DNA of 64,000 nt, taken from IMG/VR virus record IMGVR_UViG_3300010429_000979, positions 1 to 64,000 of that record. One strand, 5' to 3'. A program made the translations under genes and the position numbers. The notes under the pieces were generated by a model. That model saw only the letters and a program-made list of their open reading frames with translations. It did not search any database and was not told where the DNA came from. Positions 7,722 through 18,044 of this stretch are shown in pieces (position 1 is the first letter of the stretch; each line of letters opens with the position of its first letter). Source of the stretch: a virus. Taxonomy: Duplodnaviria > Caudoviricetes.

Positions 7722-8708
7722 TTGAATATGAACATTTTAGGTGTATGTGGAGGGAATGGGGTAATATTACACCCATTTAAAGAGAACTTGGTTGGGAACA
7801 TTGAAATACGGTCTGCATTTAAAACTCCTAAGGACATACAATGGCAATTAAACTTTCCTGATAAGTTACTGTTTACGGAGGATGTAATCAAACACCATAA
7901 GAATATCGATGTTATTGTAGGGGCTCCAAATTGTGGCCATTCTTCTATGCTTGCACTTTCTCGGGGAAAGAAATTTACCTCCGCTAAGGATGATGATAGC
8001 TTTAACCTTTTCATACGATCTGTACAAGAACTAAAACCGAAGGTATGGATGATGGAGAACTTACCTAAGCTAGAGGCATCATATAGCTTTGATGATTTTA
8101 CTGCATCTTTCCCAGAATACACAATAACTATGATAGTGGCTAGTGTATTTGAGTTTGGTAACTCCCAAAGAACAAGAAAAAGGCTATTGGTTATTGGGTG
8201 CTTGAATCCAAGTCATATCAACAGATTTAGGCCATTTCCAGTTAATATACCAAAACTCTCTGGTGATTTAGTCTGGGACTTAAAAGAAGAGGATGAATCA
8301 ATTTGTAACGTAAGGGAGGGATTAGATGAACGATTTGCTTTATACGGGGGGAAACAGGTCACTGTTCAAGAGGCTAAGGAAATCTGGGAAGCTTTACCAG
8401 AGAACTCAAAACGTCTCCTCACTCCCGGAGAGAATTTCTCAACCGCACCAGGAGTCTACAGAAATCCCAGAGGATCTTATCCCTCTACCGCACGAAAACA
8501 AAACAGGCAATTTAACCATTGGAACTTAATGATGACCCCAAGGGAATTGGCCAGAATCCAGGGTATACCTGATAAATTCAAACTTTGGTATGATGAAACG
8601 AAAAGGAAACAGTGTATAACGAAAGGAAGGATAACGGCTACAAAAACCCCTCCTTATGAGATTGGGAAATGGTTTAAGATATGCCTTGAATCCATATCCG
8701 ACTTTTAA
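7722..8708 (+). CDS. dcm: divergent DNA (cytosine-C5) methyltransferase
   Basis: Motif I-like LGVCGGNG, motif IV GAPNCGHSS, motif VI MENL, motif VIII SQRTRKR, motif IX MTPRELARIQGIPDKF. Confidence 0.8.
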   Translation: MNMNILGVCGGNGVILHPFKENLVGNIEIRSAFKTPKDIQWQLNFPDKLLFTEDVIKHHKNIDVIVGAPNCGHSSMLALSRGKKFTSAKDDDSFNLFIRSVQELKPKVWMMENLPKLEASYSFDDFTASFPEYTITMIVASVFEFGNSQRTRKRLLVIGCLNPSHINRFRPFPVNIPKLSGDLVWDLKEEDESICNVREGLDERFALYGGKQVTVQEAKEIWEALPENSKRLLTPGENFSTAPGVYRNPRGSYPSTARKQNRQFNHWNLMMTPRELARIQGIPDKFKLWYDETKRKQCITKGRITATKTPPYEIGKWFKICLESISDF

Positions 8709-8722
8709 TATAAGGAAAGAAA

Positions 8723-8773
8723 GAGGGATAAATATATTATATATCTATAAGATATAATATATTTGTATCCCTC
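8723..8773. repeat. long imperfect inverted repeat upstream of terminase containing TATATTTG (8758-8765)
   Basis: GAGGGATA/TATCCCTC 8-bp outer stem plus a ~12-bp AT-rich inner stem with a 2-nt bulge. Confidence 0.65.
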
Positions 8774-8806
8774 AATCAATCCTTTGGTAATGATATACTA
8801 AATAGA

Positions 8807-10318
8807 ATGGGAATAACAACAAGAATTGATAAGAGATACCTTTCAGAATCTGAGCTAAAGATATTAGCTAAAGTAGTGAATGATCCCTTCCTATTCTCAA
8901 CTTTTGTATGGGTAATACATCCTATTAAAGGAAAGGTTAAATTTGCTTTGTATCCTTTTCAAAAGAAAGTGTTATGGTATTTCTTGATGGGAAGGTTTAA
9001 CATAGTACTGAAATTCAGACAAGCAGGATTGACAGAGTTAATAGCCATGTATTGTTTATGGCTTGCAATGTATCATAATAATAAGAGTATCCAGATTATT
9101 TCTATCAAGGAAACAGTAGCTAAGAAAGTTCTGAGAAGGATTAAGTTTGTTTATAAAAATCTACCATCATATCTTCAAGTACCTATAATCAATGGAACGT
9201 CAAGGACAAGTTTTGGGACAACAACAGAAATCGAGTTTGCGAATGGTTCAACTATCACCTCTATTCCAACTACAGAGGATGCCGGACGATCTGAAGCTTT
9301 ATCGTTATTGGTTATCGACGAGGCAGCGATCATCAAATGGGCCAATCAAATCTGGGCAGCAGCTTTCCCTACCCTTTCAACTGGAGGATCTGCAATTCTT
9401 AACTCCACTCCTTACGGTGTTGGAAATTTCTTCCACAAATCCTGGGTAGATGCAATGGCAGGTGGTAACCCATTTACACCAATCAGATTAAAATGGGATA
9501 TGCACCCAGATAGGGATATCAATTGGTATAATACAATGAAATCCGCATTGGGAGCTAAAAGAACAGCTCAGGAAATCGATGGTGACTTTCTTTCATCTGG
9601 AGATACGGTATTTGACTTAGCAGATATCAAAGCAATAGAAGATCTCTTACCAGAATACCCAGTCATTGAAACCAGGATGAATGGTTCACTTCATATCTTC
9701 AAGAAGGCTCAAAGAGGAGCAACTTATTATCTAGGGGCCGACGTTGCTTCTGGTAGAGCGAGAGACTATTCCGCCTTTACTATAATGGATAGATACGGCG
9801 AAGAGATGGCTGTATTTAAGGGTAAAGTAACAACCGACCGCTATGGCGATATCCTAATGAAAATCGGATATGATTATAACATGGCACAGATAGGTTGCGA
9901 AGCAAATGATATCGGTTTATCAGTAGTTGATCAGATTCAAAGGGCCGGTTATGCCAATACTTATTTCTCAACTGAAGTTCTTCGGGAAAAGGGAGAAGCC
10001 AGGGCCAAAAAGAAAAGGATACCAGGTTGGTTAACTACAAAAAAGAATAGGCCAGTTATTATTGATGAACTCGAAGAGGATATCAGAAATAACAATATCA
10101 TAGTAAAGGATCAGTTCTTCTGTCAAGAAGCCTATACCTTTATCTATAATGAACAAAACAAACCCATCGCTTTGGGTAAAGATAAATCATCTAAGGAATC
10201 AACAGAGGACTTACTCGAAGATGATAATACATATACTGATGACTCTATCATGGCAAAGGCAATATGTAATTACATCAGAAAGGGAAGAGCCTCAACAGTA
10301 GTTGTAGCACCTCAATAG
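8807..10318 (+). CDS. terL: terminase large subunit
   Basis: Q-motif LYPFQ, Walker A LKFRQAGLT, Walker B LLVIDEAA, STPYG motif, RNase H-like nuclease LGADVASG, C-terminal DDSIMA. Confidence 0.95.
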   Translation: MGITTRIDKRYLSESELKILAKVVNDPFLFSTFVWVIHPIKGKVKFALYPFQKKVLWYFLMGRFNIVLKFRQAGLTELIAMYCLWLAMYHNNKSIQIISIKETVAKKVLRRIKFVYKNLPSYLQVPIINGTSRTSFGTTTEIEFANGSTITSIPTTEDAGRSEALSLLVIDEAAIIKWANQIWAAAFPTLSTGGSAILNSTPYGVGNFFHKSWVDAMAGGNPFTPIRLKWDMHPDRDINWYNTMKSALGAKRTAQEIDGDFLSSGDTVFDLADIKAIEDLLPEYPVIETRMNGSLHIFKKAQRGATYYLGADVASGRARDYSAFTIMDRYGEEMAVFKGKVTTDRYGDILMKIGYDYNMAQIGCEANDIGLSVVDQIQRAGYANTYFSTEVLREKGEARAKKKRIPGWLTTKKNRPVIIDELEEDIRNNNIIVKDQFFCQEAYTFIYNEQNKPIALGKDKSSKESTEDLLEDDNTYTDDSIMAKAICNYIRKGRASTVVVAPQ

Positions 10319-10319
10319 T

Positions 10320-11804
10320 ATGGATATATTAGGAATATTTGAAGTTAAGTGGAAGAAACAAAGGGAAGCCGAAGCATTGGTTATACCTACCCAAGTGAAT
10401 ACTCCTAAACCCCCTCGTACACAGGATTCCTATCCAGTGATTGATGGTTATGAGTATATCGAAGGTAAAACTCGATTCGTTAAGCCTAGCTTCATTTTCG
10501 AATACATCCCAGTAATTCGGAAACTTGCTGCTGTCAATCAGAATGTTGGATTAGTATTGAATGACTTAGTTCAATTAACTAATACCGGTCACAGAATCGT
10601 TTTCGATAAATCAGTTCCGGCCGATCAGGTTGATGCCATGAGAAGACACCTACAAAATTCATCGAAGATGTGGATGGATGGTGTTGATGGTATCAATGGG
10701 ATTATTAATAAGATGATCTCACAAATCTATATCGGTGGTGCTCTTTTCAATGAATGGGTAGTTAAAGATGACTTAACTGGGGTTAAACACCTTGCTATGG
10801 TTAACCCAGAAACTGCACGATGGTCATTTAACCAACGGTCAAGGCGTTATGATCTTTATCAACTGGTGAAAAATACCTATGCCATCGATGATAAAGTTTC
10901 TCCACAAAAGCTGGTTAAGCTAAACCCATATTATACAAAATATTTCGCCTTAAATGGTGATACTCAAATCCCCTATGGCATACCACCTTTCCTAACTGCA
11001 CTTGAAGACCTCGCTACCCAGAAGTCAATGATGAAGAATATTGATTTCATAGTAGGTCAAGTTGGGTTAATGGGATTTCTGGAATTCCTCATGGAGAAGC
11101 CCGGGATGATAACTGGTGAGAATGAGGATCAGTACCAGGCAAGGTTAACTACACTGCTCGCTGAATCGAAGAAAAATTTAAAGGATGGGGTTAAGGATGG
11201 TGTAATGGTTGGCTTTAAGGAAGACCATGAATACAAATTCAATTCCACAACGAAGAGTGTCGGGGGGCTAACGGAAGTTTTCGGCTTGAATCAAACTCTT
11301 GTAGCTAATGGGTTAAAGCAGCCCCCCGCCTTTTTAGGTGCTGACTCTTCTGGTTCAGAGACCCACATCAATATCATCTTTACCAAGATGCTCTCTCAAT
11401 TAAACAATGTCCAGAATCTGATCAAATCAAATCTGGAGTTTGGGTTTAAGTTGGAGCTTCAATTGGCAGGATTCAAATTCGATTACCTTACTCTTGAATT
11501 CCTACCATCTACGATCACCGATGACCTAAAGATTCAACAATCTCGAGAGATTAAACTTAGGAACCTTGCAGTCCTTTACGACCAGGGTATCATTTCTCAA
11601 GAAACCTTTGCTGATGAGGCAGGGTATGAGAAAGCAGATCAGGCTGAACCTCGAGTAGAAAGGGATCCAATTGCTATTGCTGATGCAGCCACCGCTGCTA
11701 AGGAACAGGATGCGGCAAAGGTAAAAGACGACAATGACAGGAAAAATCGGGCTAAAGCAAAACCCCAACCGAAACGAAAAGATCAAGATACAAGATCAAG
11801 GTAA
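10320..11804 (+). CDS. portal protein
   Basis: Directly after terL, 494 aa, YGIPPF motif, charged C-terminal tail. Confidence 0.85.
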   Translation: MDILGIFEVKWKKQREAEALVIPTQVNTPKPPRTQDSYPVIDGYEYIEGKTRFVKPSFIFEYIPVIRKLAAVNQNVGLVLNDLVQLTNTGHRIVFDKSVPADQVDAMRRHLQNSSKMWMDGVDGINGIINKMISQIYIGGALFNEWVVKDDLTGVKHLAMVNPETARWSFNQRSRRYDLYQLVKNTYAIDDKVSPQKLVKLNPYYTKYFALNGDTQIPYGIPPFLTALEDLATQKSMMKNIDFIVGQVGLMGFLEFLMEKPGMITGENEDQYQARLTTLLAESKKNLKDGVKDGVMVGFKEDHEYKFNSTTKSVGGLTEVFGLNQTLVANGLKQPPAFLGADSSGSETHINIIFTKMLSQLNNVQNLIKSNLEFGFKLELQLAGFKFDYLTLEFLPSTITDDLKIQQSREIKLRNLAVLYDQGIISQETFADEAGYEKADQAEPRVERDPIAIADAATAAKEQDAAKVKDDNDRKNRAKAKPQPKRKDQDTRSR

Positions 11805-11825
11805 CTTATAATACAATCAATAGTT

Positions 11826-13250
11826 ATGCCAATCTCACAACTCACATTATCACTGGATCACTCACTCTTAATGGGTAGTAAACCTGAAGTCCTCCATTTG
11901 GATGACATGACAGAAAAGGGTTTATTCGACAGGAAAGAAGTTGAGTCTTTCGGTTTGTTTGATTCCTCACAACCCAATTATACCACCTATTACCCAGACC
12001 TCAATCTTGATGATTTAAAACCTAAAGATGAGGAATTCGTTTATCCGGTTTACAGGTTGCTCTCAGCTATGACATTACCCACAATGAATGGGCCACTGTC
12101 ATTTGAAAAACCGGGAGTATTGAAGAATTCTATTCCACTCATCCTTGGTCAATCCGTTAACGTTGATCATGAAATGGCAGTTGGTAATGCGGTTGGGGCA
12201 GTAGTTGAAGCAGCTTGGCAAAACGCATATACATTACCAAATGGCCTGAAGGTTCCAGCAGGTATCAATGGGACATTTAAAATTGATGGTAAGTCAAATC
12301 CTCGTCTTGCACGGGGCATTATGATGAATCCTCCATCAATCCATTCAAACTCTGTAACTGTTAACTTTGCTTGGGAACAATCACATCCTAAAATGAGTGC
12401 AGATGAGTTCCAAGCTAAACTTGGGAAAGAGGGTCCTGATGGTAAGATGGTAAAGATGGTAGCAACAGAGATCTTCTATTACCTTGAAACTTCACTGGTA
12501 CCTCACGGAAGGGATCCATTTGCAAAGAAAATTGGTGATGGTGGAAAGATTGAAGGCCAGAATATTGCCAAGCAACACGCAGAAAGGATTGCTTCAATCC
12601 AGAATTCAATGTCATGGAAGCAATTAACTTCCTACCAATTACAGGAATCATTCTCAGACACAAATTATAATAACCTTAATAACAAACCAATGGAAATCAA
12701 TGCACTACTTGCCGAATTCGGTATTGAGGCAACAGATGAAAATATCATCGAAGTTCTCCGGGTCCAGTTGGCCAATGCAAAAGCAGCCAAAGAGACCATC
12801 GAAAACCTGACACTGACAATCGGTGAGAAGGAAACTGAGGTTGAGACTTTAACATCTCAGATCACTGAAAAAGAAACTGAAATCGAAGCTCTGAATACTA
12901 AGCTCACCGCTTATGTGGAATCGGAAAATGGCAATCTTTCTCTGAAAAGGGAAGAGGCTGTGAAGTTCTACAAACTGGTCAAAGGCGAAAAATCAGATGA
13001 CAAGATCATTTCAGCTATCAATGAAAGTGCTCCAGAGTTAGCCGATTCTTTCTTAACCCAATACAGGGAAGAATTCGAAGCCCTCTCCCCACTTACCTGC
13101 CAGGACTGCAACAGCCACAATGTAAGCCGTGCCACTGCAGTTGCCCCGGATCCCGAAAATCCCGTTGGAAAATCCAAAGCCCTTACAGCATTCGAACTGA
13201 AGGAGGAAATTCAAAGGGAACACTCAGGGAAATTCAATCACCTCAGTTAA
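11826..13250 (+). CDS. prohead protease / scaffold fusion
   Basis: Between portal and capsid genes; VNVDHE and HSNSVTV motifs; acidic coiled-coil C-terminal half ending in CxxC. Confidence 0.65.
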   Translation: MPISQLTLSLDHSLLMGSKPEVLHLDDMTEKGLFDRKEVESFGLFDSSQPNYTTYYPDLNLDDLKPKDEEFVYPVYRLLSAMTLPTMNGPLSFEKPGVLKNSIPLILGQSVNVDHEMAVGNAVGAVVEAAWQNAYTLPNGLKVPAGINGTFKIDGKSNPRLARGIMMNPPSIHSNSVTVNFAWEQSHPKMSADEFQAKLGKEGPDGKMVKMVATEIFYYLETSLVPHGRDPFAKKIGDGGKIEGQNIAKQHAERIASIQNSMSWKQLTSYQLQESFSDTNYNNLNNKPMEINALLAEFGIEATDENIIEVLRVQLANAKAAKETIENLTLTIGEKETEVETLTSQITEKETEIEALNTKLTAYVESENGNLSLKREEAVKFYKLVKGEKSDDKIISAINESAPELADSFLTQYREEFEALSPLTCQDCNSHNVSRATAVAPDPENPVGKSKALTAFELKEEIQREHSGKFNHLS

Positions 13251-13290
13251 CCCAAAACAGAATTAATATAAACAATCAAAAATTATCGAT

Positions 13291-14013
13291 ATGCCTACAA
13301 TGATAGGAACTGAAACCAAGTCGGTATTTCTCAATGAGTTCGACGATCTCTCTCTTGAGTTCACCGCATCACCATCGAATGGTACCATTACTTTTGGTGG
13401 TGACCTCGTTACTAGCAACAAATTCAATTGCCAAGTCAATGGCGTTGCTATTGCCGAAAAAACATTCGTTGACACCCATGATAATATGATGACAGCTATT
13501 GCTGCTGCCATTGCCGATCTTGCGGGGGTTAAATCGGCAACTGTATCTGCAGCCAGGGTAATTACGGTCATCATGTACAATGACCCGATCACCAATAACC
13601 CGGTTCTGCCTTACATAACGAATGCCAAGGTAACTGCCGGTGGCGGTCAAGCTGCCGTAACCACTGCAGTTAATACACTATCAGTATTCGCTGGTATGCC
13701 CGTTAAACTTGCTGGTTCAGGTGAAAACATCCTGCCACTTGGTTTAGGTGGAAGTCCAGTTGACATGATTGGTACAGTTATCGTCCCACCCATCGATGAT
13801 GAATTCGTCACGGTCGGTATGAGGGCTTCTTGCGTTATCTGGGCCCAAGCTTCAGGCTCAGTAGTACCAGGCCCGGTTAAGTATGCCGGATATGACACTG
13901 CTACCGGTTACAACAAGGTAGATGATGGCAGCGTAACTTATGCAGATCACATTGGTTGGATCCTGGATTCAGGTTCTGATGGGGATCTCGTAAGACTTGC
14001 AATCAGGTACTAA
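13291..14013 (+). CDS. capsid cement / decoration protein
   Basis: Immediately before the MCP; A/G/T/V-rich; C-terminal beta-rich segment. Confidence 0.6.
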   Translation: MPTMIGTETKSVFLNEFDDLSLEFTASPSNGTITFGGDLVTSNKFNCQVNGVAIAEKTFVDTHDNMMTAIAAAIADLAGVKSATVSAARVITVIMYNDPITNNPVLPYITNAKVTAGGGQAAVTTAVNTLSVFAGMPVKLAGSGENILPLGLGGSPVDMIGTVIVPPIDDEFVTVGMRASCVIWAQASGSVVPGPVKYAGYDTATGYNKVDDGSVTYADHIGWILDSGSDGDLVRLAIRY

Positions 14014-14064
14014 TCCAATCGCCAGACCAGTCAAATTAATCATTAAGAAAATAAACCACAAAAC

Positions 14065-15171
14065 ATGAATCTCAAGAACCTTGAATCATCGAAATACCGG
14101 GGTACTGTAAGGGAAACAGTAAAGGAGGTCGAAGCGTTACGTCTTGACCCCAACAACCCAGTTGACATGTCATTTGGAGATTATGTTCAAAGGAAGCACG
14201 GTGTTTCCCTTGACTCATACCTCCTCGATCTTGGTATTGCGCCAGGAGTTGACACCATTAATAACATCTTTACCGTCCCGGATGATGACGTCCGTTGGGT
14301 AGTACCGGAGATCATCCGCACTGCTCTGTTGCTCGGATACCGCAAGGCTCCGATTTGGCCGAACATCATCGCTGCTGAAGAAAACACAACCGGCCTCTCT
14401 CAAATCCTGCCTTGGATTAACATGAGCGATGCTGCTCCTCGTAAAGTTGCCGAAGCTGAAACAATCCCGGTTGGTACCATTTCTTATGGCCAGAAAAAAT
14501 TCGGGATCTACAAAATCGGTAGGGGTATCAAAATTCCCTATGAGGTCCTGCAATACGTTTCACTGGATGTTATCTCAATCTTCCTCCGTGACTTCGGCGT
14601 AAAGCTCGGTCATGCAATGGATGTATTGGCTATCGATTGCCTCATCAACGGTGAGCAAGCCGATGGTTCAGAATCAGCTCCAGTAATCGGTACTGCCACC
14701 GGTGACCCCTCAACCAAGGCATACAAGGACTTCCTGAAAATCTGGATCCGCCTTTCACGTATGGGCCGTCTCCCCAACACCATCATCGGTGGAGAAGATG
14801 CAGCTTTGGCTACATTGGATCTCACAGAATTCAAAACGCCGGTCGTTGGAGTTCCTGCTGAGACGCTCATCATGAAAACCCCGATTCCTCAAAGTACGAA
14901 TTATTACATTCATGGTAATATTCCGACCAACCAGGAAATCATCCTCGATCCTTCCAATGCCCTTATCAAGTTCAATGCTCAGCCGTTGCTGGTTGAATCA
15001 GAAAGAATCGTCTCTAACCAGACCGAAGCTTTCTATGCCAGCTTAACCACTGGTTTTGCAAAGATCTTCAGGGATTCCACGATTATCATGGATTCTTCCA
15101 AAGCCTTCAGCGGCTATGGTTTCCCATCATACATGGATATCACCGCATTGGAGAATGTTACTATCGACTAA
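14065..15171 (+). CDS. major capsid protein (HK97 fold)
   Basis: 368 aa, position, WVVPEIIR and VAEAETIP motifs, highly biased codon usage. Confidence 0.88.
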   Translation: MNLKNLESSKYRGTVRETVKEVEALRLDPNNPVDMSFGDYVQRKHGVSLDSYLLDLGIAPGVDTINNIFTVPDDDVRWVVPEIIRTALLLGYRKAPIWPNIIAAEENTTGLSQILPWINMSDAAPRKVAEAETIPVGTISYGQKKFGIYKIGRGIKIPYEVLQYVSLDVISIFLRDFGVKLGHAMDVLAIDCLINGEQADGSESAPVIGTATGDPSTKAYKDFLKIWIRLSRMGRLPNTIIGGEDAALATLDLTEFKTPVVGVPAETLIMKTPIPQSTNYYIHGNIPTNQEIILDPSNALIKFNAQPLLVESERIVSNQTEAFYASLTTGFAKIFRDSTIIMDSSKAFSGYGFPSYMDITALENVTID

Positions 15172-15181
15172 TTCTAGTCCT

Positions 15182-15197
15182 GACTATTAAAATTAAA
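15182..15197 (+). promoter_or_regulatory. putative phage-specific promoter (GACTATTAAAATTAAA)
   Basis: ACTATT 23 nt before the ATG at 15206. Confidence 0.5.
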
Positions 15198-15205
15198 CAC
15201 AAGCT

Positions 15206-15601
15206 ATGGTTTACTTTAAGTTAGGAAGACTTGCAAGTACATTCTTTGATTCAATCTCGGGTGCATCTATCTCCGGAAAAGAGGTCATTGCACTTAGGAA
15301 AGAACCCAAGAACAAAAAATTCCAGGATGCGTTAAGGGGTAATCATATTACCTTTGCCACAGAAGCTGAGTTCATCAAAGCTGGTGGTAAACTTGAAACT
15401 GCCCCTGTAGTAGAAGAGGACGAAGATACCAATGAGTTCATCACCAAGGCTAAGAAAGCTGGTTTTGACGAGGAAGATTTAGCTGCCATCCAGGCTGCTG
15501 TTGAAAAACTCGAAGAAGCTCCTTCCAATGCCAAACGTAAGAAAGCATTGATCGAATTGGAGGATCTCTACGACAAGCTGGAAGAGAATTACGGCAAGTA
15601 A
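15206..15601 (+). CDS. hypothetical head-associated protein, 131 aa
   Basis: Follows the MCP; acidic helical C-terminus. Confidence 0.6.
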   Translation: MVYFKLGRLASTFFDSISGASISGKEVIALRKEPKNKKFQDALRGNHITFATEAEFIKAGGKLETAPVVEEDEDTNEFITKAKKAGFDEEDLAAIQAAVEKLEEAPSNAKRKKALIELEDLYDKLEENYGK

Positions 15602-15622
15602 CATTCAACAAAATCACTAACT

Positions 15623-15664
15623 AAGGGGGTTGTAGAGGCACATGTCTTTCCAACCCCCTTTTTA
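15623..15664 (+). terminator. rho-independent terminator ending the head cluster
   Basis: AAGGGGGTTG (15623-15632) / CAACCCCCTT (15651-15660) then a T-run. Confidence 0.75.
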
Positions 15665-15674
15665 ATATTTCGAT

Positions 15675-16226
15675 ATGGCACTCGCAATGACCCTGTTAGA
15701 ATACGTAACAGCTAACCTACCATCATCAGTAACAGTTAATGCAGACCTCGTATCTGTCTTAACAATGAAATGGCAGAACATGCTTTACAATGCTTTTGGT
15801 ATCTCTGAAGGTAACAAGAATATTGATGCCTCATACACTGATAGCCAGACCATCTTCATTGGTGACCTTATCTCTTATGATGTCCTCCTGAATTACTTTA
15901 GCCAGGGTGCAGTAAGTATGTCACAATCCGCATCAACTGGAAGTGGTACATCATCCGGAGGTTCTTCCGGGACAGTGTCTGGAGGACTCAAACGAGTTCA
16001 GACGGGACCAACTGAAGTCGAATATTTTCCCACTTCACAAAGTGCAGTAGATAACTCAACTACCAATCAGGGTAATGCCTCAGCTCTATCATCAATGACA
16101 AAGCCCGGTGGTCCTATCGATGAATTAAAAGGTCGTATCTGTACCCAAGCCCATAATCTAAGGGTTAAGATCTATATTTGCCAAGACTTCAAAACCACAA
16201 GAGCACCTCAAGTTTACAGGCCATGA
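15675..16226 (+). CDS. head-tail connector (adaptor)
   Basis: Position; LKRVQTGPTEVEY beta-hairpin typical of adaptors. Confidence 0.6.
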   Translation: MALAMTLLEYVTANLPSSVTVNADLVSVLTMKWQNMLYNAFGISEGNKNIDASYTDSQTIFIGDLISYDVLLNYFSQGAVSMSQSASTGSGTSSGGSSGTVSGGLKRVQTGPTEVEYFPTSQSAVDNSTTNQGNASALSSMTKPGGPIDELKGRICTQAHNLRVKIYICQDFKTTRAPQVYRP

Positions 16227-16690
16227 CAGCATTTCCGGGAGTAGATTGGGCAGACTACAGAGATACTATCAAAAATGCTATGGCTTCTACTGCAAGGGAG
16301 ATCATAGTATGGAAGAAGTTCCGTAGAAGGTTAAACCGTTTCTCAGAAGATGGTAGCTCACCAGCTATATCATACGATTCAATCAATCTATATTGTCTTA
16401 TCTCTTATGATGACTGGAGACTCTGGCCTTATGATAAGGGTAGTGTTTCTGGGAAATTAGATTATGGCCACGCAGGTATCATTTTGAACAAGGATTATCT
16501 TAATGATTTAGGATATCTGAATGCCAACGGTTATTTCGATTTCGATTCCGGCTATGATAAGTTTATTATTGATGGTATTACCTACAAACCACTTGGTGAT
16601 ACCGCAGTTGCACAAGCTGGATCAGATACGATGCTGATGCAATTAATCGTACAAAGAGAAGATATCGCTTCAGGAACTGATCCACAATGA
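16223..16690 (+). CDS. head closure / neck protein (start moved from 16178 to ATG 16223)
   Basis: ATGA overlap with the previous stop; position in neck module. Confidence 0.55.
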   Translation: MTAFPGVDWADYRDTIKNAMASTAREIIVWKKFRRRLNRFSEDGSSPAISYDSINLYCLISYDDWRLWPYDKGSVSGKLDYGHAGIILNKDYLNDLGYLNANGYFDFDSGYDKFIIDGITYKPLGDTAVAQAGSDTMLMQLIVQREDIASGTDPQ

Positions 16691-17313
16691 AAAGTCAAAT
16701 ACCTTTCGGTGCCTCTCGCTTCGTAGAGGACATAATGGGTGAAACAGTTACCCGTAATATCCTTGGTGGACTTGAGATACAGATCAATGAAAAGGAATGG
16801 GTAAGAGGGCAAAGAATCTTTGAGAATCTCCCTAAGGCCTTACATAGGGCAGTACTTAGAGGTCAGATGGAATTTGCCAATAGGTATCACATGGCCCTGC
16901 TTGAAAACATTAGGAACAACGGTAAGAAGATTGGGTGGGAAGCTTACAGTAAGCGATACACCTATCAGAAAAGATGGATGGCAAGTTCCTCTAAACATCC
17001 CGATGTAATACATGGGCCAGAAGAAAAGTTCAGGCTTACTGGTAAAGCTGTTAGGGCTATAAAGGTTTATCCAAATAGAAAGGCTAACGTAGTTTCAATT
17101 GGTATCTCAGCAGGAGACGGTGAACTTGGAATGAATGATCGTTACACTGTTTCTCAGTATGTACATATCTTCGAAAAGGGCTCAACTACACGCAATATCA
17201 AAGCACGACCATTGTTTGCACCAGTATATAAGCAAATTGGAGGAAAAAAGGCGGTGTCTAGTGCAATAACGCAAGCTATAAATGAAGAAATTCAGTTGCT
17301 TTTGAAATTTTAA
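16687..17313 (+). CDS. neck / tail completion protein (HK97 gp10-like)
   Basis: Basic protein with HIFEKGS...IKARPLFAP motif. Confidence 0.65.
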   Translation: MKSQIPFGASRFVEDIMGETVTRNILGGLEIQINEKEWVRGQRIFENLPKALHRAVLRGQMEFANRYHMALLENIRNNGKKIGWEAYSKRYTYQKRWMASSSKHPDVIHGPEEKFRLTGKAVRAIKVYPNRKANVVSIGISAGDGELGMNDRYTVSQYVHIFEKGSTTRNIKARPLFAPVYKQIGGKKAVSSAITQAINEEIQLLLKF

Positions 17314-17315
17314 CT

Positions 17316-17987
17316 ATGAGTATCACTTTATCTAATACCGAAGAGGTAGTTGAAAGGTCAGTCTACAATGCTATCATGGATGTCTGCGTTGAACTCGGAT
17401 ACTGCCCAGACGTAAGAAACTCTAGCTTATTCCCAGATACCTCACAGGGATGGCAAGCATATATCACTTACCAACAGAGTACCATCAACATGAAGGGATT
17501 TTGTGTAGAAGTCTTTGGTTCCTCTAACCCAGATGATAAGGGTATCAAGAAATTACCGAGAATCGTTATCGATACCATAACAATGGATAGGGGAGACTTC
17601 GGATTAGATGCTTCTCCAGTTTATGAGAAACAAGTTGATGGTACATATAATAAATTGAGATTCCCTACCACATCCTCGAATGCTACCTTTAATATTTATG
17701 CAGTAGCTAAGGACATTAAACAGATGAGGGTATTACTTTCGATCCTTGCAATAGCCCTTCAGAATTTTACCTACATCAAAAGGTACCCTACCACTGATCA
17801 GAAGCTTTTGGTGAAGACCGTAAGTAGCAGTAATAACCCAGAATATGCTCAAGGCATCTTGGAACACATCATCAGGTATGAGATACCAGACGTCTTTGAG
17901 ACAGCAATCCAAGTCATCGAAACTGGTATACCAGAAGTAGTTGCCTTAACTATGGATACACAGTATGTTGAAAATCTGAATCCATAA
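17316..17987 (+). CDS. tail terminator-like protein
   Basis: Position directly before the sheath; LPRIVI motif. Confidence 0.55.
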   Translation: MSITLSNTEEVVERSVYNAIMDVCVELGYCPDVRNSSLFPDTSQGWQAYITYQQSTINMKGFCVEVFGSSNPDDKGIKKLPRIVIDTITMDRGDFGLDASPVYEKQVDGTYNKLRFPTTSSNATFNIYAVAKDIKQMRVLLSILAIALQNFTYIKRYPTTDQKLLVKTVSSSNNPEYAQGILEHIIRYEIPDVFETAIQVIETGIPEVVALTMDTQYVENLNP

Positions 17988-18044
17988 CAATCACTTTGAG
18001 TCAAGATTAATAATACCATTTATAAACCTAGAAATTCAAATAAT

